In this document: piece by piece, positions 1 to 10,248 of the stretch | Layout of the letters: every line of letters begins with the position of its first letter | How positions within the stretch are numbered: the first letter of the stretch is position 1 | DNA from: an uncultured Verrucomicrobiae bacterium | GTDB lineage: Bacteria; Verrucomicrobiota; Verrucomicrobiia; Opitutales; JABDGR01 | Direction of reading: 5' to 3' | DNA length: 64,000 bases | Assembly: GCA_963765205.1 (NCBI GenBank) | Contig: CAVXVB010000009.1 | Span: forward strand, 640,001 to 704,000 | Notes under the pieces: generated by a model | What the model was told of the DNA's origin: nothing | The model's input: only the letters and a program-made list of their open reading frames with translations | The model's database searches: none | Translations under genes and position numbers: made by a program

Positions 1-1
1 G

Positions 2-898
2 CCGGACGGCGGCCCGCCGTGGCCCTTCACTCTGCTCGACACCGCGGGCCTGCGACCCCGGCCGAGCGTCAAAACGCCGGTCGAATTCTTTTCCCAAAAC
101 CGCTCGCGCGAAGCCATCGAGGAAAGCGATGTGGTCTTCCTCGTGCTTGACGCGCTCGAAGGCGTGACGAAGCAGGACAAGGTGCTCGCGGGCGATGTGT
201 TGAAGGCCGGCAAGGGCCTCGTCATCGTCGTCAACAAATGGGACATCGCGCAGAAGCGTTTTGAGAAGGAGCCGCTGGAAGGTTACGCGAACGTGCACGA
301 GTTTCGGAAGTCGTTTCAGCGGGCCGTCGAGCGCAACCTGTTTTTTATGCCGCTTTCGCCCGTGCTCTTCACCTCGGCGCATGAGGGCATCGGCGTGTCG
401 GACATTTTGCGGGAGGCGCGCACGCTGTTTGCCACCATGAAGAAGAAGCTGCCCACCGGCGCGCTCAACCGCGTGCTCCAGGGCTTCCTGGAGGTGAACC
501 CGCCCAAGTTCGTCGGCATGCGGCGCTTCAAATGTTACTACGCGGTGCAAGTCGCGCGGCACCCGTTTGTCTTCCGCCTCTATTGCAACCACGCAGAAAA
601 GATGGACGAGGGTTATTCGCGCCATCTCGCCGCCGGCGTGCAAACCGCCTTCAAACTCAACGGCTGCCCGATCCGCTTCGAACTCGTCGGCAAACCCCCG
701 CGCGCGGAAGGAACGAAGTTCACCACCAGATTCAACAACGCCGCGCGGCCCGGCAATTACCCCCACCAGCGCGACCAGACGGCGCGGTATGGGAAGTTCT
801 CGCAGCGGAAGAAATTCAAGCACCAGGGCAAACCCTCCCCACCGGGTAGATTTCCTGCACAGGGGAAGATGCGCCTGCCGCGCATTGGGGAGGGTTAG
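2..898 (+). CDS. der: Ribosome biogenesis GTPase Der (EngA), 5'-truncated by the window edge
   Basis: Frame from position 2 reads ...LLDTAGLR...; also VVNKWD (G4), FTSA (G5) and a KH-like C-terminal domain (...YAVQV...F.L.GCPIR). Confidence 0.93.
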   Translation, partial: PDGGPPWPFTLLDTAGLRPRPSVKTPVEFFSQNRSREAIEESDVVFLVLDALEGVTKQDKVLAGDVLKAGKGLVIVVNKWDIAQKRFEKEPLEGYANVHEFRKSFQRAVERNLFFMPLSPVLFTSAHEGIGVSDILREARTLFATMKKKLPTGALNRVLQGFLEVNPPKFVGMRRFKCYYAVQVARHPFVFRLYCNHAEKMDEGYSRHLAAGVQTAFKLNGCPIRFELVGKPPRAEGTKFTTRFNNAARPGNYPHQRDQTARYGKFSQRKKFKHQGKPSPPGRFPAQGKMRLPRIGEG

Positions 899-911
899 GC
901 TGTGCATCTTG

Positions 912-976
912 TGGTAGGGACGGCTCTCCGAGCCGTCCGCGGATCCCGCTGAAGCGGGAGAGTGGCGTCCCTACCA
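912..976. repeat. REP-like intergenic palindrome
   Basis: TGGTAGGGACG...CGTCCCTACCA inverted arms with a GTAG motif and internal hairpins, just after the der stop. Confidence 0.7.
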
Positions 977-1148
977 AAATGCGCCGCAATCAGAAAAACA
1001 AAAATGTTTTTCATTGATGGGCAAGATGTTATGGAAGAAATGGCAAAAATTTGTTGCGGGGAATCGAAAAACGATGTATATTTACTGATAAGCAGTAATT
1101 AGTGGCTGTTTAATATTGAAAAACTGAACCCCAAAATACGGAGCCGCC

Positions 1149-1631
1149 ATGAGAAATTTTGAAAACAAAGAGAAAATCATGCGGAGGAGCGGAGATCTAT
1201 CAATTGTTTCCGCAGTGATGATGTTCTGGTCTGCATGCTTGGTTGCCACAGCCGCGCTAGCGCCCTTATACGGCGCAAGGCAAGGTTTTGGGTATAGACC
1301 CTTGGGTGCCTTGGGGTGTGTCATGGAGTTTATGATGTGGTGGAATATCTGGATTTTTTTCCGCCGACTGAAGAATGGCAACATCTTTGACGCACCCACG
1401 GTGGGGCGGCTGATGACCGCAGGCAAATGGAAATTGGCGGAGGTGATTATTTCGTGTGTAATGTGGGCGATATTCTCTTCGGACGGTTCGTATCCTTGGT
1501 GGTCGGGTCATCAAATATACGGCTATTTGGACCAGATCAGCAGATTATGGACGCCGCTGATGATTATTTTTGTAGCCTGGCTACTGCGTGAGGGGCAAAA
1601 CCTGGAGGAAGAACAGGAGCTGACCGTTTAA
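1149..1631 (+). CDS. DUF2975-like membrane protein
   Basis: Several hydrophobic helices, C-terminal LREGQNLEEEQELTV motif, directly upstream of an HTH gene (usual pairing). Confidence 0.75.
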   Translation: MRNFENKEKIMRRSGDLSIVSAVMMFWSACLVATAALAPLYGARQGFGYRPLGALGCVMEFMMWWNIWIFFRRLKNGNIFDAPTVGRLMTAGKWKLAEVIISCVMWAIFSSDGSYPWWSGHQIYGYLDQISRLWTPLMIIFVAWLLREGQNLEEEQELTV

Positions 1632-1632
1632 C

Positions 1633-1947
1633 ATGCAAATCATCGTCAACCTGGATGTGATGCTCGCGAAGCGGAAGCGGCGACTCAACGAGCTGTCGGA
1701 GTTTGTGGGCGTGTCGCCGCAAAATCTTTCGATCCTGAAAACGGGGAAGGCGCGGGCGGTAAGGTTTTCGACTCTGGCGGCGATTTGCCAATTCTTGGAA
1801 TGCCAGCCGGGGGATATTCTGGAGTATCGCGAGGAGGCGGTGGAAAACACCCCGAGGGACGTCGCCAGCGACGCCCCTACACCTGCTCAGGCGGAACCGA
1901 TCAGCATCCCGACGATGAAGACGAGCACGCCGCCGACCACGACTTGA
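1633..1947 (+). CDS. Cro/C1-type (YozG-like) HTH transcriptional regulator
   Basis: [13 protein letters not shown]...[31 protein letters not shown]. Confidence 0.9.
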   Translation: MQIIVNLDVMLAKRKRRLNELSEFVGVSPQNLSILKTGKARAVRFSTLAAICQFLECQPGDILEYREEAVENTPRDVASDAPTPAQAEPISIPTMKTSTPPTTT

Positions 1948-2846
1948 AAGGTGGCGGCGAGCAGTGGGGTGTCCATGTAGCGGTGGCGAATCCAGGCGAT
2001 TACGCCGAGTTCAACGGCAACAATCGCAATGGCCAGCCAGGTCGCGTAATAAAAATTGGCAATCAGGAAGGGCAGAGTGTGGCCGATGCCGCCGGCGGTC
2101 GTCATCAGGCCGCAGACCGTGCCGCGCAGCCAGGGCTTGCCGCGCCCGCTGAGTACGCCGTCATCCGACATCGCCTCGGCAAAACCCATGCTGATGCCCG
2201 CCCCGAGCGAGGCTGCCAGGCCGACGAGAAAGGCGTCCCGGCTGCTCTGCGTGGCAAACGCCGCAGCAAAGACCGGCGCGAGGGTCGAGACCGAGCCGTC
2301 CATCAGCCCGGCCAAACCCGGCTGGACGGTCTGCAAGACAAAGCGGCGCCGTTCGGAATCGGTTTCCTGCTGCCGGGCGCCCGAAGCCTTTTGCTGCTCA
2401 TCCATCGCCTCGGCGAGATGGTAATGCTTGTCCTCCTCCGCGGCCAGATCGCCGAGCAATTGGCGCACGGCGGCGTCCGTGGCTTGCGGCAGCGCGGCGC
2501 GGTAGAATTTGCGCGCTTCCTCCTCCATGGATTCGACTTCGTTGCGAATCATCGAGATGCTCAGAATTTTATTCAACCATAGCGGCTTGCGGGCGATAAA
2601 GCCCTTCACGTCGGAGCGGCGGATGAGCGGGATGTGCTCACCGAAGCGTGCGCGGTAGAGGTTGAGCAGGCGGGTGCGGTGGCCGTTCTCCTCGTCGCGC
2701 ATGGCCACGAGTGTTTTCGCCGTCTCGGGATAATCCTGGGCGACGCGCGCGGCCAGATCGGCGTAGATGCGGCCGTCCTCCTCTTCCGCCTGGATGGCGA
2801 GGGCGAGCAACTCCTGCGCGGTGAGGTCCTTGAAATTTTTGGCCAT
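1887..2846 (-). CDS. mbfA: Iron exporter MbfA (rubrerythrin-like + VIT1/CCC1 domains)
   Basis: Di-iron EExxH motifs (EENGH, EEDKH); [18 protein letters not shown] and [11 protein letters not shown] membrane domain. Confidence 0.9.
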   Translation of the reverse strand: MAKNFKDLTAQELLALAIQAEEEDGRIYADLAARVAQDYPETAKTLVAMRDEENGHRTRLLNLYRARFGEHIPLIRRSDVKGFIARKPLWLNKILSISMIRNEVESMEEEARKFYRAALPQATDAAVRQLLGDLAAEEDKHYHLAEAMDEQQKASGARQQETDSERRRFVLQTVQPGLAGLMDGSVSTLAPVFAAAFATQSSRDAFLVGLAASLGAGISMGFAEAMSDDGVLSGRGKPWLRGTVCGLMTTAGGIGHTLPFLIANFYYATWLAIAIVAVELGVIAWIRHRYMDTPLLAATFQVVVGGVLVFIVGMLIGSA

Positions 2847-2892
2847 AAAATCAGGTGATGATTATTTGGCTTCAGGAAAATTTGGGGGGAGG

Positions 2893-2970
2893 AATTTTAC
2901 CACGGATGGCACGGATAACACGGATTGATTCGATCGTTCATCATCCGTGCTATCCGTGTCATCCGTGGTT
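2893..2970. repeat. Palindrome of 9-mer CACGGATnn units; related half-copies at 6343-6374 and 46275-46308
   Basis: CCACGGATGGCACGGATAACACGGAT ... ATCCGTGCTATCCGTGTCATCCGTGG. Confidence 0.75.
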
Positions 2971-2997
2971 CTCCGATCTTTGCGGCTGGGCGCGGGA

Positions 2998-4818
2998 TCA
3001 CGCCACGCTGGCCAGTTGGCGGGACTCGCGCTTGCGGTCTTCGGGCTTGAGGAATTTTTTGCGCAGGCGAAGGCTTTTCGGCGTCGCCTCGACGTATTCG
3101 TCTCCCGCGATATACTCAATGGCGCGTTCGAGGGTCAGCTTGATGGGCGGAGTGAGCTGGATGCCCTTGCCTTCGCCTTTCGAGCGCACGTTGCTCAGGT
3201 GTTTTTCGCGCGTGGGGTTGATGGGCAGGTCGTCCGCGCGCGGATTCTCGCCGACGATCATGCCCATATACACATCCTCGCCGCTGGTGATGAAGAGCTT
3301 GCCGCGCTCCTGAATCTGGTCGAGTGCGTAGGAGGTGGCCACGCCGGTGTCAGTCGAAACGAGGGTGCCGGTGAGGCGCGAGGTGATTTCGCCCGCGAAC
3401 GGCTCATAGTCGAGGAAGAGGTGCGACATGACGCCGCGGCCATTGGTCAAATTCATCAAGTCAAACTCGAAGCCGATGAGGCCGCGCGTGGGGATGGTGG
3501 CCTCGATGGTCACGCTGTGCGGGTGGGTTTCCATCTGCGAGATCGCGCCTTTGCGCGAGGAGAGCACCTTCATGACGCTGCCGATGGTTTCCTCGGGCAC
3601 TTCGAGCCAGAGATTTTCAAACGGCTCCTTGAGCACGCCGTCTTCCGTCTTGGTGATGACGAGGGGGCGCGAGACGAGCACCTCGTAGCCCTCGCGGCGC
3701 ATTTGCTCGACGAGCACGGCGATCTGCATCGCGCCGCGGGCGGAGACGTAATACACGCCGGCGCGCTCCGATTCCTCGACGTGGATGCTGACGTTGCCCT
3801 TTTGCTCGCGGTCGAGGCGTTCACGAATCTGGCGGGAGGTAACGAGTTTACCCTCGCGCCCGACGAACGGGCCGTCGTTCACGGCGAATTCCATGCGGAT
3901 GGTGGGCGGGTCAATCTCGACGAAGGGCAGGGCGGGCTGGTCTTCCAGCGCGCAGAGCGTCTCGCCGATGTCCACGTCGGTGAAGCCGGCCAGGCCGACG
4001 ATGTTGCCGGCGACGCCGAGGGCGGAATCGTTGGTCTGGGTGCCGCTGTATTCGAAGACCTTGGTGATCTTGTTGCGCTCGCGGGTGCCGTTTTTGAGGA
4101 CGCGGAAAATCTGGTCGCCGGTGGTCACCTGGCCGCCGATGATTTTGCCGATGGCGATGCGGCCGACGTAGTCGTCCCACGCGATGTTCGACACGAGCAT
4201 GGTGAAGGGGGCGGATTCGTCCGCCTTGGGGGGGGGGATATAGGACAGAATGGTTTCAAGCAGGGGAATCATGTCCGTCGGCTTGTCGGTCAATTCGCGC
4301 ACGGCGTAGCCATCGCGGGCGCTGCCGTAGAGGAACGGCGCGTTGAACTGCTCTTCGGTCGCGTGCAATTCGAGAAAGAGTTCCAGCACCTGGTCGTGAA
4401 CCTTCTTGGGGTTGCTGTTTTCGCGGTCAATTTTGTTGATGAAGACGATGGGGCGCAGGCCGTGCTGGAGGGCTTTGCGCAACACGAAGCGCGTCTGCGC
4501 CTGGGGGCCGTCATAGGCGTCCACGACGAGCATGACGCCGTCCACCATTTTCATGACGCGCTCGACCTCGCCGCCGAAGTCCGCGTGGCCGGGGGTGTCC
4601 ACGATGTTGATGATTTTGTCGCGCCAGTGGACGGAGGTGTTCTTGGCCTTGATGGTGATGCCCTTTTCGCGCTCGAGGTCCATGCTGTCCATGACGCGCT
4701 CGGCGACGACCTGGTTGGCGCGGAAGGCGCCGCCCTGGCGGAGCAGTTGGTCCACGAGGGTGGTTTTGCCATGGTCCACGTGGGCGATGATGGCGAGATT
4801 GCGGATGTTCTGGGACAT
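2998..4818 (-). CDS. typA: Translational GTPase TypA/BipA
   Basis: [47 protein letters not shown]-terminal [14 protein letters not shown]; start set at ATG 4818. Confidence 0.97.
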   Translation of the reverse strand: MSQNIRNLAIIAHVDHGKTTLVDQLLRQGGAFRANQVVAERVMDSMDLEREKGITIKAKNTSVHWRDKIINIVDTPGHADFGGEVERVMKMVDGVMLVVDAYDGPQAQTRFVLRKALQHGLRPIVFINKIDRENSNPKKVHDQVLELFLELHATEEQFNAPFLYGSARDGYAVRELTDKPTDMIPLLETILSYIPPPKADESAPFTMLVSNIAWDDYVGRIAIGKIIGGQVTTGDQIFRVLKNGTRERNKITKVFEYSGTQTNDSALGVAGNIVGLAGFTDVDIGETLCALEDQPALPFVEIDPPTIRMEFAVNDGPFVGREGKLVTSRQIRERLDREQKGNVSIHVEESERAGVYYVSARGAMQIAVLVEQMRREGYEVLVSRPLVITKTEDGVLKEPFENLWLEVPEETIGSVMKVLSSRKGAISQMETHPHSVTIEATIPTRGLIGFEFDLMNLTNGRGVMSHLFLDYEPFAGEITSRLTGTLVSTDTGVATSYALDQIQERGKLFITSGEDVYMGMIVGENPRADDLPINPTREKHLSNVRSKGEGKGIQLTPPIKLTLERAIEYIAGDEYVEATPKSLRLRKKFLKPEDRKRESRQLASVA

Positions 4819-4929
4819 GGGTGCGGGCGCCGGGGTAGCCCCGGATTGGCGGGGCGAAAGTGCGCAAACGGTGAATCTGTCATGTTTTTTCGAGGAGGGC
4901 GAGAGGAAAGTGGGGGGAGGGGAGAAGAG

Positions 4930-5230
4930 GAGGGGCAGAGGGACAAAGGGACAGAGGCACAAAGGGGCGAAGGCATGAAGAAGCAAAGGGGGGGAGGGGG
5001 GGAGTGTGAAATGTGGAGTGTGGAGTGCGGAGTTCGGAATTTAGAATGGGGGGAGGGGGGGAGGGCCATGGCACGGGAGCACTGAGATACTGAGGCGCTT
5101 GGGGATGAGCATTGAGGATGAAATTTGCGGTGGTTGGGTGTTGAGGCAAGTATTATAACAGAAAACTCGGAAGGCGGTAGTGATGGGTTGGCTGCGTTGG
5201 GTAGGTTGGATGGGTTTGATGTGTTGGGAT
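4930..5230. repeat. Cluster of different degenerate 7-9-nt tandem repeats
   Basis: GGACAAAG/GGACAGAG/GCACAAAG octamers, GTGTGGA/GTGCGGA heptamers, GGTTGGAT-like nonamers. Confidence 0.65.
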
Positions 5231-5300
5231 ACTTTACTTCCATATGGATGCTCGACACTGCGACGGCCGGGGTTTATTTTTGGAGCGCTTCGCGTTCCTT

Positions 5301-6284
5301 ATGAAGACTACCCCCACCCAAAATCTTCCTGGCATTCGCCAGCGCGGCTGGGTGGCACGCGTTTTTCTATTTGCACTCGCTTGCAATTTTAGCCGCGGCC
5401 AGACCGGCGCGCCGGCCGCAACCTCGGCATCCGCTTCGCCCGCTGCGACGGCTTCCGCTCCGGCCACTGCGACTGTGCCCTTGGCAACGACTGCCCTGGT
5501 GCCGGTTCCGGCGCCACCGTTGACGGCCGCGCAGCAAGCTGTGCTCCAGGGCAAGTTCGCGGCTTTTGTGGCGCAGTTCGCGGCTGGCACGGGCATCAAG
5601 CTGGTGCCGATTCCCGCGGGCACGTTCCTGATGGGCAGCCCGGATGACGAGGCGGATCGCAACCTGGTCGAAGGCCCGCAGACGAAGGTGACGCTGACCA
5701 AGGATTTTTTTCTGGGCGCCACCGACGTGACGCAGGGCCAGTATGAGGCGGTGATGGGCCAGAATCCGAGCGGTTTCAAGGACGCCGGGAAAGACGCGCC
5801 GGTGGAGAATGTCTCGTGGGACGACGCGATGGCCTTCTGCCAGAAGCTGACCGCGCAGGAGCGCGCGGCCGGGCGGCTGCCGGAGGGTTACGTTTTCACG
5901 CTGCCGACGGAGGCGCAGTGGGAGTATGCGTGCCGGGCGGGGACGACCGGGCCGTTCGCGGGTGACCTCGACGCGATGGCTTGGTATGCCAAAAACAGCG
6001 GCGGCACGACGCACCCGGTGGGCCTGAAGAAGCCGAATGCGTGGGGGCTATACGACATGGAGGGCAACGTGATGCAGTGGTGCTACGATTGGTATGCGGT
6101 GAAGTATCATGGCGGGGAGGTGGCGGATCCGAAGGGACCGGTCGAAGGTTTCTACCGCGACGCGCGGGGCGGCCGGTGGAACGATCCGGCGGCGATGTGC
6201 CGTTCCGCGGCCCGCAGCGGCGCGTCGGAGGGCCGCGTGGACCATGTGATCGGCTTCCGCGTGGCGCTGAGCGCGGGGAAGTAG
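5301..6284 (+). CDS. Secreted formylglycine-generating-enzyme (SUMF1/FGE-sulfatase) domain protein
   Basis: Signal peptide and Ala/Pro linker; IPAGTFLMGS, PVENVSWDDA, LPTEAQWEYACRAG, PNAWGLYDMEGNV, GFRV. Confidence 0.9.
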   Translation: MKTTPTQNLPGIRQRGWVARVFLFALACNFSRGQTGAPAATSASASPAATASAPATATVPLATTALVPVPAPPLTAAQQAVLQGKFAAFVAQFAAGTGIKLVPIPAGTFLMGSPDDEADRNLVEGPQTKVTLTKDFFLGATDVTQGQYEAVMGQNPSGFKDAGKDAPVENVSWDDAMAFCQKLTAQERAAGRLPEGYVFTLPTEAQWEYACRAGTTGPFAGDLDAMAWYAKNSGGTTHPVGLKKPNAWGLYDMEGNVMQWCYDWYAVKYHGGEVADPKGPVEGFYRDARGGRWNDPAAMCRSAARSGASEGRVDHVIGFRVALSAGK

Positions 6285-6402
6285 GGGGCTGGCTTTGGTT
6301 TCAGGCGTCAACCCGGTGCGTATTATCTTGTTTCAAGGTTCAATTTGACCACGGATTACACGGACAGCACGGATGCAAGAAAAGGGCGTGCGCGGGGTGG
6401 TG

Positions 6403-6500
6403 CTGGCATCCCTCCAAGATGCATGGCTGTTGGTCGTGGTTTCCGGGGGTCTGCGCTACGCCCCGACCCCCGGCTAATTTCTGGCAACCCTCCGGGTTTG
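6403..6500. repeat. REP-like structured intergenic element
   Basis: CTGGCATCCCTCC...GATGC, CCGGGGGTC...GACCCCCGG hairpin, CTGGCAACCCTCCGGGTT. Confidence 0.55.
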
Positions 6501-6547
6501 CCGGGCATTGACTCAGTTTGGATTTATGTAAACACCAAGCACCACAC

Positions 6548-7045
6548 TTACCCCTCTCCAATGGCGGGCATTTTTATGTCTATCGGCAAACTTGCTAGAC
6601 CAACTATGGAAACCGAGGCTACCGTCGTTCCCGTCGGCGTTAGGAGCCAGTCTGAGCGTTGCTTATCTTCTTCTGTTGGGTGCTTGCCCTTACGCACTAA
6701 GAACGCTGTGGAAAGATATGTTTCTGCGCTTGCTTCATATTTTTCCAATGAAGAAGTGACGTGCTCAATATATGGACGTTCTGTGTAAATAATGCTTCCA
6801 CATTTTGCCAGTTCAGAAATTCCACTACCCACACTCCCAACAAATATAACTGCCAAAATAACATTGCCGACAATTGTGCTCTTTAACCAAACCTCAAAAT
6901 TATTCCAATAGCCCACTTTTTTGACGAAAGTTCGCCCATTAACTTGCAATGGGGGAAGTTGGTCGTTAGTCAATATCTCGAAGTCATCATTAGTAATTTC
7001 GGGATATTTTTTGCGGATTTCTTCTTTTGTTGGTACAATATTCAT
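6548..7045 (-). CDS. AT-rich hypothetical protein with one predicted TM helix
   Basis: ORF in a segment clearly more AT-rich than its flanks; hydrophobic IVGNVILAVIFVG; start uncertain. Confidence 0.55.
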   Translation of the reverse strand: MNIVPTKEEIRKKYPEITNDDFEILTNDQLPPLQVNGRTFVKKVGYWNNFEVWLKSTIVGNVILAVIFVGSVGSGISELAKCGSIIYTERPYIEHVTSSLEKYEASAETYLSTAFLVRKGKHPTEEDKQRSDWLLTPTGTTVASVSIVGLASLPIDIKMPAIGEG

Positions 7046-7295
7046 GCCGCCTTTTCTACCGCGATTTTGTAGAGCAACGCAATCACATCTTCCAATTCTC
7101 AAACGTGGTCGGTCAGTCCGGCTTGAATGGTCGTGGACATGTGCAACAAGTAATGAATCCGACAAAAATGACGGGTTGGCCTGCGATAGGCTTGGTGGTC
7201 TTTAGTGCAGAACCCCGCCCGCGTTTTGAGCTTCCTCCCCGGACTGCTTTTCCTTCATGCTTCCCGCTTCATCCTTCCTCCTTCTTCCCCTACTT

Positions 7296-8213
7296 ATGAT
7301 TAGCTCGACCAAATACCACGGTTGGAAAGCGCTTTCGCTTGATACGGGGCGCGTTAAACTGGTTGTCCCGCTGGACGTTGGGCCGCGGGTGATTTCATGT
7401 TCGCTGGATGGGGGGCCGAATTTGTTTGCGACGGTGGCGGGGGAATTGGGGAAGGGTGGCGAGCCGGATTGGAAAATTCGCGGGGGGCACCGGCTGTGGC
7501 ATGCGCCGGAGGTGCCGCCGCGCAATTACCAGCCGGATAATGGGCCGATCACGGTGGTCAAGCTGCCGGGCGGGAAGGGGTTGCGGGTTGAGCAGCCGGT
7601 CGAGGAAAAGACGGGGATTCGCAAATCGTTCACGATTGAGGCGCTGGGGGCGACGGATTTCAAGGTCACGCATGTCTTGAAAAACGAGAACATGTGGGCG
7701 GTCGAGTTGTCGCCGTGGGCGTTGACGGTGATGGGGCGCGAGAGTTACACGGCGATTCCGCTCAATCCGAAAATCCCGCATGGGCAGACGCTGGTGCCGG
7801 ATTACGCGCTGGTGCCGTGGACTTATACGGACTTCTCGGACCCGGTCTGGGACTGGCACCGCGATTACATCGGCATCCAGGTGGAGCGCGGCACGCAGCC
7901 GCAAAAGCTGGGGCTGACGAACTTCCCCGGCTGGGCGGCGAACTGGCAGGCGGGTGGGACGTTCGTGAAATACATTGCCGTCCACCCCGGCGCGGCGTAT
8001 CCCGACTTTGGGTGCGCGTTCGAGACGTTTGTGTGCGATTTCATGAACGAGCTGGAGTCGCTGGGGCCGCTCGGGAAAGTCGAGCCGGGCGCGACGGTGG
8101 CGCTGGTGGAATACTGGGGGCTGTTCGCGGGGTTGCCGAAGCCGGATACGGATGAGGTGTTCGCGAAGAAATTCCGGCCGGTGGTGGAAAAGTGGATTAA
8201 AAAACTTTCCTAG
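7296..8213 (+). CDS. Hypothetical protein, possibly galactose-mutarotase-like fold
   Basis: DVGPRVI, GGHRLWHAPE, YPDFGCAFETF...ELESLGPL motifs; host-like codon usage. Confidence 0.65.
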   Translation: MISSTKYHGWKALSLDTGRVKLVVPLDVGPRVISCSLDGGPNLFATVAGELGKGGEPDWKIRGGHRLWHAPEVPPRNYQPDNGPITVVKLPGGKGLRVEQPVEEKTGIRKSFTIEALGATDFKVTHVLKNENMWAVELSPWALTVMGRESYTAIPLNPKIPHGQTLVPDYALVPWTYTDFSDPVWDWHRDYIGIQVERGTQPQKLGLTNFPGWAANWQAGGTFVKYIAVHPGAAYPDFGCAFETFVCDFMNELESLGPLGKVEPGATVALVEYWGLFAGLPKPDTDEVFAKKFRPVVEKWIKKLS

Positions 8214-8351
8214 TTTTTTGGTTCTTTGTTCTTGGTTCTGGGTGCTTGGTTGGACAAATTATAACGACAACTTTTTCACTGTTTTTGAACAAACCAAGAA
8301 CCAAGAACGTGGAACCAAGAACCAAGAACGAAGAACCAAAAAACCAAAAAC
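8213..8351. repeat. Inverted arrays of AACCAAG heptamers
   Basis: GGTTCTTTGTTCTTGGTTC ... AACCAAGAACCAAGAAC. Confidence 0.75.
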
Positions 8352-8356
8352 TTGTT

Positions 8357-9337
8357 ATGCGCCTTGCTTTCTTTGGTTCCGATGCCATCGCCGTGCCGGC
8401 GTTGGAGTATTTGCAGTGGGCGGAGGGGGTCGAGCTGGCGGGGGTGATTTCGCAGCCAAACCGGCCGGCGGGGCGCGGGCGGCATTTGCACGCGAACGCG
8501 GTGGCGGCGTGGGCGGCGGTCAAGGGCGTGCCGCTCTTGCAGCCGGAAAGGCCGGGCGCGGAGGAGGCGGCGTGGTTGCGCGCGCACGGCGTGGAACTGG
8601 CCCTGGTGATGGCCTACGGGCATATTTTGCGGCGCGAGTTCCTCGAGGCTGCGCCGCGCGGGATGTGGAACCTGCACGCTTCGCTGTTGCCGCAGTATCG
8701 CGGGGCGTCGCCGGTCGAGGCGGCGTTGGCGGCGGGGGAAACGGTGACGGGGGTCACGCTGATGCGCATGGCGGTGAAAATGGACGCCGGGCCGGTCGCG
8801 GACGCGGAGCGCGTGCCGATTCTCCCGACGGACACGGGACCGATGCTGCGGGAGCGGCTGGCGCAGGCGTGCGGGCCGTTGCTGGCGCGCAACCTCAAGG
8901 CGCTGGGGGACGGCTCGATTCACACGACAGCGCAGGACGAGGCGCGCGCGACGTATACGCGCAAGTTTACCAAAGCGGACGCGCCGGTGGATTGGTCGGT
9001 GTCGGCGGTGGAACTGGAACGGCGCGTGCGGGCTTTCCAGGCCTGGCCGGGCACGCAATTCGCGCATGACGGCCACGTGATAAAAATCGGCGCGGCGGCG
9101 GCGTTGGCAAAAACGGCGACGGCGCCGCCGGGCGTGATTCTGCGCGCGCAGGCGGCGGGCGTGGACGTGGCGACTGGCGCGGGGGTTTTGCGGTTGTTGA
9201 TGTTGCAGCGGCCCGGCGGCCGGATGATGGAAGCGGCGGAATTTTTGCGGGGTTACCGTTTGGCGGTGGGGGAGTGCCTGCCGAGCCAGGCGGGGCGGCC
9301 ACTGGTGGCGGGTGCGCCGTTTGCAAAGGCGGGTTAG
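8357..9337 (+). CDS. fmt: Methionyl-tRNA formyltransferase
   Basis: MRLAFFGS, QPNRPAGRG, NLHASLLPQYRGASP, MDAGP, RAFQAWPG. Confidence 0.95.
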   Translation: MRLAFFGSDAIAVPALEYLQWAEGVELAGVISQPNRPAGRGRHLHANAVAAWAAVKGVPLLQPERPGAEEAAWLRAHGVELALVMAYGHILRREFLEAAPRGMWNLHASLLPQYRGASPVEAALAAGETVTGVTLMRMAVKMDAGPVADAERVPILPTDTGPMLRERLAQACGPLLARNLKALGDGSIHTTAQDEARATYTRKFTKADAPVDWSVSAVELERRVRAFQAWPGTQFAHDGHVIKIGAAAALAKTATAPPGVILRAQAAGVDVATGAGVLRLLMLQRPGGRMMEAAEFLRGYRLAVGECLPSQAGRPLVAGAPFAKAG

Positions 9338-9364
9338 GGTTTCGGCGAGGGCCCGTGGCTTATT

Positions 9365-9436
9365 TTCACCGCAAAGGCGCGAAGGCCGCAAAGAATGGAT
9401 TTTGCCAATGCCGCCAAACAACATCTTTGCGGTGAA
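9365..9436. repeat. Intergenic inverted repeat (CGCAAAG family)
   Basis: TTCACCGCAAAG (9365-9376) / CTTTGCGGTGAA (9425-9436). Confidence 0.65.
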
Positions 9437-9478
9437 TGGCCTTCGGGGATTTAACAGCACAACCCAAGCCGCTTTTTT

Positions 9479-9506
9479 TTGACAGGCGGCGGGGAAAGGG
9501 GATAAT
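9479..9506 (+). promoter_or_regulatory. Putative sigma70 promoter for lysM-parB
   Basis: TTGACA-N16-GATAAT, 23 nt upstream of ATG 9530. Confidence 0.45.
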
Positions 9507-9529
9507 GCGGGTCAACCGCCCTCTTTGCC

Positions 9530-10213
9530 ATGAACATCTCCAAACCAATTATGGGGCTGCGCCACCTTCGTGTGGGCGGCATTTTTCTACTTTTGACCGC
9601 TGGCGTGCTGGTTTTGCGCGCGCAATCCGCCCCGCCGCCGGCGCCGGTGGCGACCGCGCCATCACTGGCGGGAATGAGCCAGGACGTGCAGGAACTGCAG
9701 CGCACGGTCAGCCAACTGAGCCTCCAGGTCGAGAACCTGACGCAGGAAAACGAGCGCCTTCAACAGCAAATTCCCTCGAAGCAGGACATCCAGGTGATGA
9801 TTCAGAACGCCATTGCGGAGAGCCGGGCGGACACCAAGAAAGACATTGACCAGGCCAAAGCCGATGTGAGCAAGGACATCCTTGCGGATGTTTCCCAGCA
9901 ACTCAAAGCCCTGGCGGAGGACACGGATGCGCAGTTAAAGAAACTGGCGGCGGCCATCGCCGAGAAGCCCGTGGCGACCCCAGTGGTCGCCATCCCACGC
10001 GCGCCGCTGCCGCCCAACACCCCGGTCAAAATCATCACGGTGCAACGCGGGGACTCGCTGGCGAAACTTGCCCAGCAATATAAAGTTTCGAAAAGCGACA
10101 TCCTGAGTGCGAACCCGCAGCTCAGCGACCCCAATAAATTGTATGAGGGCCAGCAATTGGGTATTCCGCTCAAGGACGGCGTGTCCGCCCAGCCCGCCGT
10201 GACCGGCAACTAA
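9530..10213 (+). CDS. Secreted coiled-coil protein with C-terminal LysM domain
   Basis: Signal peptide, heptad-rich middle, TVQRGDSLAKLAQQYKVSKSDILSANPQLSDPNKLYEGQQLGIP. Confidence 0.88.
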   Translation: MNISKPIMGLRHLRVGGIFLLLTAGVLVLRAQSAPPPAPVATAPSLAGMSQDVQELQRTVSQLSLQVENLTQENERLQQQIPSKQDIQVMIQNAIAESRADTKKDIDQAKADVSKDILADVSQQLKALAEDTDAQLKKLAAAIAEKPVATPVVAIPRAPLPPNTPVKIITVQRGDSLAKLAQQYKVSKSDILSANPQLSDPNKLYEGQQLGIPLKDGVSAQPAVTGN

Positions 10214-10248
10214 TATTTTTTTCCATCGAGCACCCCACCCCCATCCCC

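Noticed and set aside
2947..5085. 712-aa + strand ORF, and similar long antisense ORFs (15133-16704, 48130-49800, 30308-31567)
   Set aside because: Shadow frames opposite well-supported genes; expected in GC-rich DNA and without motifs
8213..8351. Heptamer arrays as CRISPR or as an N-terminal extension of fmt
   Set aside because: No repeat-spacer structure; fmt homology starts at ATG 8357
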